Below, piece by piece: positions 1 through 7,332 of a DNA stretch of 32,000 bases. Origin of the DNA: Candidatus Poseidoniaceae archaeon (GTDB lineage Archaea > Thermoplasmatota > Poseidoniia > Poseidoniales > Poseidoniaceae); NCBI GenBank assembly GCA_943789275.1, contig CALSTM010000002.1:690001-722000 (forward strand). The letters are read 5' to 3'. The position numbers and the translations under genes were made by a program. The notes below the pieces were generated by a model. The model saw only the letters and a program-made list of their open reading frames with translations. It was not told where the DNA came from and searched no databases. How positions within the stretch are numbered: the first letter of the stretch is position 1; the number at the start of each line of letters is the position of its first letter.

Positions 1-500
1 AAAACAGCGGTAAGGAAAATTCCCACAATGGTGACAACGGTGCGATCTGCTCTGGAAAAACCACGGTAATTACGAGAGCCAGCAACTGCTTGTGCTTGCG
101 TGCCCATGTACGAGCCAAGAAGCGTCAGCCAAGCGGCTACAAATCCGATGGTGATGTCGCCAACGAAAACAGAACCTGCAATGCACAGCAACCAGACGGC
201 GTCGAGAAGGCGGTCAAAAGTATGGTCAAGATAATCGCCCCATCGGCTTACCTTACCGAACTTACGAGCAAGAGGTCCGTCCAAACCATCCATGGCCATG
301 GCCAGTATCATCAGCAAACCACCGCCGAACAACATGTTTGCGCCATAGGTCGTCTCATCAGCAGTGAGCACAGCCAAACCGCCGAGTATGCCTACCGGTA
401 AAGCGACCCAAGTTACGGTGGATGGTTTGACGTTCTCGAGAGCGTCTAAAAGTGGATTCAAAATACCTTCCCAAGTGTCTCTTAATTTCTCTAACGCCAT
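1..500 (-). CDS. CDP-alcohol phosphatidyltransferase family protein (phospholipid head-group transferase); C-terminus runs off the left window edge
   Basis: Absent from the ORF track because it has no stop in-window. Manual translation of the minus strand from ATG (complement of 498-500) gives MALEKLRDTWEGILNPLLDALENVKPSTVTWVALPVGILGG...AMAMDGLDGPLARKFGKVSRWGDYLDHTFDRLLDAVWLL... It carries the complete D-G-x2-A-R-x8-G-x3-D-x3-D signature and several hydrophobic helices. The + strand ORFs 90..401 and 364..549 are antisense shadows of it. Confidence 0.85.
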   Translation of the reverse strand, partial: MALEKLRDTWEGILNPLLDALENVKPSTVTWVALPVGILGGLAVLTADETTYGANMLFGGGLLMILAMAMDGLDGPLARKFGKVSRWGDYLDHTFDRLLDAVWLLCIAGSVFVGDITIGFVAAWLTLLGSYMGTQAQAVAGSRNYRGFSRADRTVVTIVGIFLTAV

Positions 501-570
501 AGTGCTCATTCATGCTGCCGAAGCGGGGGGGTGTTTGTTGTTGCGGTAATCAAAACACAAAAACAGCGTC

Positions 571-1128
571 TTACAACCAGTTCATCGCATTCGAAGCAGC
601 ATCTTTGAGAGAAGCCGAGGGAGTGCCTTCATCCATCCACTGAACAATGCTTTCAACCAGTTCTTCGCTTGATGAAACGGTCGTATCAAGTTCTAAAATG
701 GGCACTTCTATCTCAAATTCAAGCAGTTCAGACCATGTGCCAGAAAGCAATTCCCACTCCACATTGGCGTTGGTTTTTTCCGGTGAATACGAACGCTGTT
801 CAAGCCGTTCACGGATTTTTTCAGGATTGCATCGCAAAAGCACGATGGCATCAACGTCAAGCAAATGGGAAAGATGGCCGTCGACAAAACATGTCTCGGT
901 TTCTTCACGGACCCATGTTTCTGAAAGTTTGTGAATGTCCAGCGGAGCAGAACCGTCGACCTGGTCAACTGGTTCCAAGCAACCGTTTTGTTCAGCCAGT
1001 TCTTGAAGTGAAACCACTGTATAGAGTTCGCTCAATGACTCGCAAATCGTCGTCTTTCCGGTTCCGGGTGTCCCGGTCACTGCGATGCATAGGTTGTCTT
1101 CCACAGCAGTGCCCGTATCCGCTAACAC
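571..1128 (-). CDS. Fap7/AK6-type adenylate kinase / NTPase (small-subunit ribosome biogenesis factor)
   Basis: P-loop IAVTGTPGTGKTT lies close to the likely N-terminus, followed by VDGHLSHLL and LLRCNPEKIRERLEQRSYSPEKTNANVEWEL, the pattern I recall for archaeal Fap7 and eukaryotic AK6. The track ORF extends to 1329 but would overlap the divergent gene starting at 1238. In-frame GTG codons at 1128 and 1104 give the usual size of about 180 aa. The exact start is uncertain. Confidence 0.8.
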   Translation of the reverse strand: MLADTGTAVEDNLCIAVTGTPGTGKTTICESLSELYTVVSLQELAEQNGCLEPVDQVDGSAPLDIHKLSETWVREETETCFVDGHLSHLLDVDAIVLLRCNPEKIRERLEQRSYSPEKTNANVEWELLSGTWSELLEFEIEVPILELDTTVSSSEELVESIVQWMDEGTPSASLKDAASNAMNWL

Positions 1129-1237
1129 ATAAAGGAAAAAGGAGAAAAAACTGAGAAGAAGGCGTTCTCGATGGCATTCATGACGAGCGAACAGGGAAAG
1201 GCATGATAGGTCATCACCTCCAGCAGGGATTGTTGCC

Positions 1238-1987
1238 ATGTTTGGAATGAATGACCCTGCACAAACCTTGCTCCAACTGGAGCGGTATGTGGCTGATGGT
1301 CGAATGGAAATGTCCGAAGTCATGGCCATTCAGTTCACAGACCTGTTTCTCTCGCAAAAGAACAGAGACGCTGATTCACAAATCATGCTGGTCAAGGGTC
1401 TTCGAATTCTGTGCGATGTTTTTCTTGCCCGAAACAAAGCTAAGCGTGGAGTTTCCACCGTTAAAATCCTCCATCGCGAACGGAAAAAATTGGTTCGAAT
1501 GCTCAGTAAAGGCGCCCCTCAACTGTTGGAGAAAATGACACCCGCTGCTGAAGATTATCGTCGTGCAGGTAAGGTATTCGCTCATGCTGGTAAAAGAAGT
1601 GCTGCGATGAAAGCCTTTACTCAATGTGAAAAGAAATCACCAGGGCATGTTGCCGCAGCACTGGAAGCATGCCAATTGATTCCCGACCAGAAGAAACTCA
1701 TTCAGCGATTCGTCAACATCGTCGCCAGTTCAGGCCCTGTCATCATGTATGAAGGCGTATTTTACTTGCAACCGAACGATTCACCGATGGCGAAAACTGA
1801 AGATATAATGGAAATGCTCCATGCTGCGATTGAGAAGCAAATCGGTCCGGCCGACGCTTGTCAGAAGCAGATTGAACGCATCAGTGCGGAACGTTTAGCC
1901 ATTGAGCGAGGAGATGCTGCGGCAAACGCTCGCTTACAAGCAGCAATGGATCTGCTCAAGCCTCAACATGACTACTACGAGTACTGA
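1238..1987 (+). CDS. hypothetical protein, predicted alpha-helical and soluble
   Basis: 249-aa ORF with an ATG start, no competing ORF and coding-like composition. I recognised no family motif. The stop lies 3 nt before the convergent tRNA. Confidence 0.7.
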   Translation: MFGMNDPAQTLLQLERYVADGRMEMSEVMAIQFTDLFLSQKNRDADSQIMLVKGLRILCDVFLARNKAKRGVSTVKILHRERKKLVRMLSKGAPQLLEKMTPAAEDYRRAGKVFAHAGKRSAAMKAFTQCEKKSPGHVAAALEACQLIPDQKKLIQRFVNIVASSGPVIMYEGVFYLQPNDSPMAKTEDIMEMLHAAIEKQIGPADACQKQIERISAERLAIERGDAAANARLQAAMDLLKPQHDYYEY

Positions 1988-1990
1988 GAG

Positions 1991-2068
1991 TGGTAACGAG
2001 AGATGGATTTGAACCATCGATCTCCGGGTTATGAGCCCGACGGGATATCCAGACTACCCCACCTCGTT
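1991..2068 (-). tRNA. tRNA-Met (anticodon CAT), archaeal initiator-like, with genomically encoded CCA
   Basis: The reverse complement reads AACGAGG TG GGGT AGTCTGGATA TCCC G TCGGG CTCATAA CCCGG AGATC GATGG TTCAAAT CCATC TCTCGTT A CCA (78 nt). It folds into a full cloverleaf: a 7-bp acceptor stem with one G-U, a 5-bp anticodon stem and a 5-bp T stem. A1:U72 together with GGG/CCC closing the anticodon stem are the hallmarks of archaeal initiator tRNA. Confidence 0.93.
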
Positions 2069-2118
2069 ATACCCAAGGCTGAAACCCTCCCGTTCTTCAA
2101 TGCACCGATTAACTACGA

Positions 2119-3051
2119 TTGAACTGCAGTACAGAAAAAACCACTTTGGACGAGAAAAACGTGATAATCCGGCATTGCATTGATGAAGATGAAGCGCGTG
2201 TCTCTGCACATGCGAGCAGGGGGGCAGTACCATTCCTCTTGTGCTCATTGCTCCTGATGGCTTCGATTTCGGGTTGCCTCACCTCGGATGAAGAACCCCA
2301 AAAAAACAGTGCCATTGAATTGATTGTCTACTACGACGCAACTTCAGGTGTGATTGAAGAAAACGTGCAAAACAACCAACAAGTTTCCGAAACTGGTGTA
2401 GAACTTACCTTTGACTTCTCGTACACCAAATCATCTGCTGGTGCGATGGTCACCTACTATTTCCTGCCAGGGGACGGTTCGAGCGCTGTTGAAAACAATG
2501 CGGCTGAAAACGGTGAAGTGACCTACACCTACCTCACGCACGGCCTGTTTGATGCTGCCATGGGTGGTATCGATGACCAAGGTAACGATTATTTCGAAAA
2601 CATCACCATCCGAATTGACAAACAAATCACTTGGGGAGACAGCAACACTGCAGACCCCCAGACTATGAACATCGAAACGACACCGGACTGTATCTGCCCA
2701 GCGCCAGAGAAAATTGTAGTCGATTCAACCGTTGTGAATATCGAAAATCAACCCGCAACCCCAATCAATCAAGGGCAAACCGTCACGGTAACATGGAGAA
2801 TGTTGAATTCGACGGATGCAACGACGGTCGAATCTGCACCGGAACAAGTAGGAGACGGACAAGATGCTTCATGGATGCACAACCAGTACTTCGTCGAACC
2901 AGGAACGTGGAAACTCGAAGTCGATGTGACTGCAGAAGGTAACGGAGAGGAACGGGTCAATGTCGACCATACGGTCAAGATACTCTACGACGCTCAAGAA
3001 AGCGTCCCTAACCCAATGAGTGCACCCGAAGCAGACAATTCGCCTCAATGA
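2119..3051 (+). CDS. secreted lipoprotein, function unknown
   Basis: Signal peptide with a lipobox, ...RGAVPFLLCSLLLMASISG|C, followed by an acidic Thr/Asn/Val-rich (beta-rich) mature region. The track start at 2119 is TTG. An in-frame GTG at 2161 (MIIRHCIDEDEARVSAHASRGAVPF...) is an equally plausible start. Confidence 0.75.
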   Translation: MNCSTEKTTLDEKNVIIRHCIDEDEARVSAHASRGAVPFLLCSLLLMASISGCLTSDEEPQKNSAIELIVYYDATSGVIEENVQNNQQVSETGVELTFDFSYTKSSAGAMVTYYFLPGDGSSAVENNAAENGEVTYTYLTHGLFDAAMGGIDDQGNDYFENITIRIDKQITWGDSNTADPQTMNIETTPDCICPAPEKIVVDSTVVNIENQPATPINQGQTVTVTWRMLNSTDATTVESAPEQVGDGQDASWMHNQYFVEPGTWKLEVDVTAEGNGEERVNVDHTVKILYDAQESVPNPMSAPEADNSPQ

Positions 3052-3052
3052 A

Positions 3053-3079
3053 TTCACTTTTCGTTTTAAAAAAAGTGAA
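3053..3079 (+). terminator. AT-rich hairpin with T-tracts just after the lipoprotein stop (candidate archaeal terminator)
   Basis: TTCACTTTT (3053-3061) and AAAAGTGAA (3071-3079) are reverse complements flanking CGTTTTAAA. The T-runs TTTT-CG-TTTT sit 2-18 nt after the TGA at 3049-3051. A second AGTGAA copy follows at 3085-3090. Confidence 0.3.
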
Positions 3080-3216
3080 GTTTAAGTGAAAATAAAGGCC
3101 GCAATCTATCGAATACAAGTTTGTAAACTGCTTCGAAAGCTGGCATTGATTCGCGCGCCCTGTTTCTGTCCTTCATATACCGTTGGCATGCCAGTAGGGG
3201 TTGGAAGTGAACAAGA

Positions 3217-4254
3217 ATGGCAACCAAATCGAAGAAAAAAGCGAAAACTGAACTTGAAAACAATGAAAGCCCTGCGGATGAAGCATCGGTAATGATGCCA
3301 ACCGAAGAGGAAGTGCCTGAGCCACTCATCGAAGACCTTCCTGGTGTAGGACCAGCAACTGCAGAAAAACTCCGAGAAGCAGGTTTTGATGACTTGCTCG
3401 CACTCGCAGTCATGTCTCCTGGCGACCTTGCAGACCAAGCAGAACTTGGTGAAGCAGTAGCGACAAAAATTATCGGTGGCGCAAAAAAGATGGCCAACAT
3501 AGGCGGATTCGTTTCGGGTGGCGCACTTCTCGAAAGACGTCGTGAAGTCCTCAAACTCACCTCAAAGGTCGAATCCATTGACGATCTTTTAGGCGGTGGA
3601 TTTGAAACGCAAGCTTTGGTCGAAGTCTACGGCGCATTCGGCAGTGGAAAAACCCAAATCGGACATCAATTGGCCGTCAACTGCACCTTGCCTTTGGAAG
3701 AAGGCGGATTTGATGGCGATGTGTTCTACATCGACACTGAAGACACCTTCCGCCCAGAGCGTATCACGCAAATGGCTCGTGGACACGGACTTGATCCGGA
3801 ACAGGTATTGAGTCGAATCCACGTCGCTCGTGCTTACAACTCTGCTCACCAAATGCTCCTGGTTGATGAAATCAAGAGGATGAGTAAGGGTCTCAATGTC
3901 AAGATGATTATTGTTGACTCTCTGACAAGCCATTTCCGAGCTGAGTTCATTGGAAGAGGAATGCTAGCAAACCGCCAACAGAAACTCAATCGCCACCTGA
4001 AGGACTTGAAGCAACTTGCTGATGTAAACAATGCATTGGTTCTGGTGACCAACCAAGTCCATTCCAAGCCTGATGCAATGTGGGGCGACCCAACAAAGCC
4101 AGTTGGTGGACACGTTCTTGCCCACGCCTCAACGTTCAGACTTTACCTGCGCAAAGCAAAGGGTGGACGTCGAATTGCTCGCCTGGTCGACTCACCAAAC
4201 TTGCCAGATGGCGAATGCGTCTATCAAGTAACTCAAGAAGGTCTTCGTGACTGA
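3217..4254 (+). CDS. radA: DNA repair and recombination protein RadA (archaeal RecA/Rad51 homologue)
   Basis: N-terminal HhH region [24 protein letters not shown], Walker [10 protein letters not shown], Walker B KMIIVDSL, and C-terminal [45 protein letters not shown] lies 6 nt upstream of the ATG. There is an unusual Lys-rich N-terminal extension of about 35 aa. Confidence 0.97.
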   Translation: MATKSKKKAKTELENNESPADEASVMMPTEEEVPEPLIEDLPGVGPATAEKLREAGFDDLLALAVMSPGDLADQAELGEAVATKIIGGAKKMANIGGFVSGGALLERRREVLKLTSKVESIDDLLGGGFETQALVEVYGAFGSGKTQIGHQLAVNCTLPLEEGGFDGDVFYIDTEDTFRPERITQMARGHGLDPEQVLSRIHVARAYNSAHQMLLVDEIKRMSKGLNVKMIIVDSLTSHFRAEFIGRGMLANRQQKLNRHLKDLKQLADVNNALVLVTNQVHSKPDAMWGDPTKPVGGHVLAHASTFRLYLRKAKGGRRIARLVDSPNLPDGECVYQVTQEGLRD

Positions 4255-4333
4255 TTGGTGATTGAAATTACCCCCAAAAACCGCTGTTTTTGTGGTTCTT
4301 AGTGGCGGCACATTCAAGGGTGCTTGGGTAAGC

Positions 4334-5473
4334 ATGACGCCTATGCGACACTTGATTGACAGAGTATTGGAACTCACCGAATCAGAAATGGCAACGCCAG
4401 CAACCGTTTCCCCACCAATGGGTGAAGGAAGTGAAATCGAACTGAAAGCGCTGCTTGAATCACTCCAACCACGCATCCGTGTATACGGGGTTGGTGGAGC
4501 AGGGTGCAATGCTATTGGACGATTGCATGGCGAAGGGTTGTTTGAAAACTCGTACGTTACAGGTTACGCAATCAACACCGATGCTCAAGCACTTCTGATG
4601 TCACCAATCGATGAAAAAGTATTGATTGGACGAACGGCACGTGGAAGAGGCGCTGGCGGAGACCCGACGAAAGGCGAGGCTGCAGCTCTAGAATCTGAGT
4701 TGGCTTTACGCCGAATCACCAACGACACTCAATTGGCCATCATCACTGCAGGCATGGGTGGCGGATCTGGAACAGGTGCAGCAGGACAGATTGCTCGACT
4801 TGCTAAGCAACAAGGAGCAATGACCATTGCCGTTGTCACCTACCCGTTCCAATCTGAAGGCGCTCTGCGTAAACAAAATGCAGAGTGGGGACTTGAACGT
4901 CTGCGCGAGCATTGCGATACGATTCTGGTCATTCCAAACGAAAGGCTTCTTGAAATCGAAGGCGTCAAAGATCTACCAATCACCAGCGCCTTCCGAGTCG
5001 GAGATGAACTTCTTGTCCGTTCAATTACCGGTGTTGCAGAATTACTTACCATTGATGGAATGGTAAATCTCGATTTCGAGGATCTTCGGTCCGTCATCAA
5101 TTTCGGCAGTGGTGTAGCCATGATTGGACTTGGTTCTGCCTCTGGTCCTGGGCGTGCTGAAGCGGCAACTATGGAAGCGCTTCATTCACCGTTGCTCGAC
5201 ATTGACGCAAGCGATGCAAGAGGGGCTCTTATCAACGTCGTTGGAGGTGCAAGTCTTACCCTTGGTGAAGCCGAACAATGTGCGAAAATCATCAAAGACA
5301 AAATCTCCCCTCACGCACAAATAATCTGGGGTGCCGCAGTCAAGGACGAACTTGAAGATGAACTACGCGTCATGCTCGTACTCACTGGGGTCAAGAGTGA
5401 ACAAATACACGGAGCGAGTGAAAACAGACAGTTGCGAGCCCTCCGTAATCAACAAATTGAATTTGTCAACTGA
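4334..5473 (+). CDS. ftsZ: cell division GTPase FtsZ
   Basis: IRVYGVGGAGCNAIGRL, NTDAQAL, GRGAGGDPTKG, AGMGGGSGTGAAGQIARLAK, VVTYPFQSEG, ILVIPNERLL. The track start at 4262 is TTG, only 8 nt after the radA stop. The first in-frame ATG at 4334 (MTPMRHLIDRVLE...) gives a typical archaeal FtsZ N-terminus. Confidence 0.95.
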   Translation: MTPMRHLIDRVLELTESEMATPATVSPPMGEGSEIELKALLESLQPRIRVYGVGGAGCNAIGRLHGEGLFENSYVTGYAINTDAQALLMSPIDEKVLIGRTARGRGAGGDPTKGEAAALESELALRRITNDTQLAIITAGMGGGSGTGAAGQIARLAKQQGAMTIAVVTYPFQSEGALRKQNAEWGLERLREHCDTILVIPNERLLEIEGVKDLPITSAFRVGDELLVRSITGVAELLTIDGMVNLDFEDLRSVINFGSGVAMIGLGSASGPGRAEAATMEALHSPLLDIDASDARGALINVVGGASLTLGEAEQCAKIIKDKISPHAQIIWGAAVKDELEDELRVMLVLTGVKSEQIHGASENRQLRALRNQQIEFVN

Positions 5474-6091
5474 TTATTTGATTGCAAAATACAAGAAAAC
5501 GAGCAGGGCGAGGAGTCCTCCGTAGAGAATACCGTACTGTCTGCTGTCCAATTCCTCTGAGACGTCAAGCGGTACAACCGAGCCGTCGTATTGAGAACCT
5601 GGCAGTGTATACCCAATCGAGTTCCACATATCGCCACCTGAGTTGCCGTTACCGTTTACTGCGTTGGCATGTAAGACAAAATCCACGCTTGTTGAATTAT
5701 CACTTGGTGCAGTCCAACTCAGATTCCAACTGCGATACTGGTTTCCTGCTTCTGTATGCGTCCAACCTTCATCCAAGAACTGCACCCGTGATAGGTTATG
5801 AAAATCAACGGCGCCATCGCTTACTCGAAAACGAAATCCGCCTTTGGCCGAGTCTGCAGTTGGTGCAGTCTCCGCCTCTACAGAGAGGGTCAAATTGTAC
5901 GACACATTGCTTTCAAAAGAGACTGGCATGCCGTGAATACTGGTTTGAGTTGAGTTTGAATATCCTCCATGGCACGTGCAACCGTTATCGGCAAGGCTAC
6001 CGATTCCAGTCGGGAAACTCTGGATGGACTGAGAGCCAAGCGTCACAACGACAATCAAGCAAAGAAAAACGGAAAGACCACTGAACCTCAT
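5474..6091 (-). CDS. secreted, C-terminally membrane-anchored surface (glyco)protein, function unknown
   Basis: N-terminal signal peptide MRFSGLSVFLCLIVVVTLGS. Beta-rich ectodomain with six N-x-S/T sequons. C-terminal TM YGILYGGLLALLVFLYFAIK. The pattern NGCTCHGG ... GGFRF ... WTH ... W.LSWTAP ... NAVNGNGNSGGD.W weakly recalls Reeler/DOMON-like beta-sandwich domains, but that is a low-confidence recollection. Confidence 0.8.
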   Translation of the reverse strand: MRFSGLSVFLCLIVVVTLGSQSIQSFPTGIGSLADNGCTCHGGYSNSTQTSIHGMPVSFESNVSYNLTLSVEAETAPTADSAKGGFRFRVSDGAVDFHNLSRVQFLDEGWTHTEAGNQYRSWNLSWTAPSDNSTSVDFVLHANAVNGNGNSGGDMWNSIGYTLPGSQYDGSVVPLDVSEELDSRQYGILYGGLLALLVFLYFAIK

Positions 6092-6166
6092 TAAATCTCA
6101 GTATGAACTGGTTGTGCGACTCATATGACTCTTTCCAAATTTCATACCCTTCTTACTTGATAATCT

Positions 6167-6184
6167 ATCGCACAACTGTGCGAT
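6167..6184. promoter_or_regulatory. perfect 8+2+8 palindrome ATCGCACA-AC-TGTGCGAT in a divergent promoter region (candidate operator)
   Basis: Read directly from the sequence. The arms at 6167-6174 and 6177-6184 are exact reverse complements. A related half-site AACTGGTTGTGCGA lies at 6106-6119. Both sit in the 161-bp spacer between the divergent genes 5474..6091(-) and 6253..6915(+). Confidence 0.35.
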
Positions 6185-6252
6185 TCGTAATCATGATGAA
6201 AAAACATTCTTTCATGTAGTAGAAGGTCGAATGTGTATATGGAAGTGAGAAG

Positions 6253-6915
6253 ATGGGACCTTGGGATACTGCACCTGTACAACAAGAAGAAGAAGAAATT
6301 GACATGTTTGCAATACTCGGTGCAGTTCCACCTGCTCAAACCGTTGTTGCAACCACCAACCAAGCCATGGCTTCAACCATCGCTCATGATCCACTCGCTG
6401 CTTTCATGGATGATGACGAGGAAGAAACCCTCGTTGCTGATTCCATGTTTGACCTTCATGAAGAACCTGCAGGAATGTTCGAACTCATGTCTGAAGATGC
6501 ACCCGTGCACGAACCTGTCCTGAATGAGCCTGTAACTCAGCATTCACTGTCCAATGAAGTCATTACTGAACTCCTTGAAGTTCTGGTGAAAAAAGAACTT
6601 CATGCTCGTGCTGAGCGAGGAGATGATTGGTTGTCGGCACTGCCTGCTCAAGCCAGAGCAGAAATTGAATCTGCCAAGGTGATTAAGGAGCAAGAAGCAT
6701 ACCATCTCTCACTCATCATCGATATGGTCGGTACTGGTCAAGTTCGACCGTTTGCTACCGTTCTTTCTACCGGGGATGGAGCGCTTCCAGTCAATCCACC
6801 GTCACACCTTGCCCAATCGTGGTATCCACTTTACAACGCTCTACGAGAACTGCTGTTGCAAGCAATGGACTCACTGTCGAAACTGAACGTCGTATCTGGA
6901 AAAGCTGCTGTTTAA
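6253..6915 (+). CDS. hypothetical acidic protein (disordered D/E-rich N-terminal half, helical C-terminal half)
   Basis: 220-aa ORF with an ATG start preceded by GGAAGTGA 4 nt upstream. No recognisable family motif. Confidence 0.7.
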   Translation: MGPWDTAPVQQEEEEIDMFAILGAVPPAQTVVATTNQAMASTIAHDPLAAFMDDDEEETLVADSMFDLHEEPAGMFELMSEDAPVHEPVLNEPVTQHSLSNEVITELLEVLVKKELHARAERGDDWLSALPAQARAEIESAKVIKEQEAYHLSLIIDMVGTGQVRPFATVLSTGDGALPVNPPSHLAQSWYPLYNALRELLLQAMDSLSKLNVVSGKAAV

Positions 6916-7295
6916 CCTTCATGAAGGACCACGGTTGACGTGATGTCAACGTCCGTGAGCATGTTTGAAACGCTGCAATATTTTTCATGACTCTTTTCAA
7001 CGAGTCGCTCCACTAATTTTCGAGGAACATCTCCTTTCACATGGTATGCAAGTTGAATTGATGTGAACACTCGAGGAGCAGACTCTGCCCTGGTACTGTC
7101 GATTTCGACCCACACTTCACTGAATGTTCTGTCCTTGAGGCCGCCAATAACATCGACTACGGAGCACGCTGCCACCATCTGCAATGTTATTTGCATTGGT
7201 GAAGGTCCATTTTCCCAATCAATGTCAAGACTTTGTTCATTTGAATTGATGCATTTTAATCCAAACTCTCCGGTCCACTCGACTCGTCCCTGCAT
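6912..7295 (-). CDS. OsmC/Ohr family peroxiredoxin-like protein
   Basis: 127 aa with two conserved Cys contexts, LQMVAACSVVDV and SHEKYCSVSNML, at the spacing typical of OsmC-family proteins. It overlaps the convergent upstream gene by 4 bp. Confidence 0.85.
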   Translation of the reverse strand: MQGRVEWTGEFGLKCINSNEQSLDIDWENGPSPMQITLQMVAACSVVDVIGGLKDRTFSEVWVEIDSTRAESAPRVFTSIQLAYHVKGDVPRKLVERLVEKSHEKYCSVSNMLTDVDITSTVVLHEG

Positions 7296-7332
7296 GGAGG
7301 TCCGTGGGGCGGTTCATTCTTGAAGGGGATGC

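Noticed and set aside
90-549. Plus-strand ORFs 90..401 and 364..549 at the left edge
   Set aside because: They are antisense to a minus-strand reading frame that carries a perfect CDP-alcohol phosphatidyltransferase signature. Their own sequences are Arg/His/Cys-rich and family-less.
1129-1329. Long N-terminal extension of the Fap7-like ORF (starts at 1329 or at the ATG 1237-1239, which would share CATG with the divergent start at 1238)
   Set aside because: The extension would overlap or abut the divergent gene and adds a hydrophobic, non-conserved-looking 55-85 aa in front of a P-loop that normally sits at the extreme N-terminus. The GTG starts at 1128 or 1104 fit the family size. I could not exclude the extension completely.
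1991-3051. tRNA-adjacent integration island (tRNA gene followed by a secreted-protein gene)
   Set aside because: There is no integrase, no direct repeat of the tRNA 3' end downstream and no obvious compositional break. The flanking genes are core (radA, ftsZ).
3066-3578. 170-aa minus-strand ORF (and 3106..3438) opposite the radA 5' region
   Set aside because: It overlaps the unambiguous radA coding frame. It is a low-complexity Ser/Ala/Pro antisense shadow.
5975-5990. C-T-C-H in NGCTCHGG as a c-type heme attachment site
   Set aside because: Heme c attachment needs CxxCH or longer spacers. CxCH has one residue too few, so I do not call this a cytochrome.
5482-6084. 200-aa plus-strand ORF opposite the surface glycoprotein gene
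   Set aside because: The Arg-rich sequence has no features. The minus-strand frame has a signal peptide, sequons and a TM anchor and is clearly the real gene.
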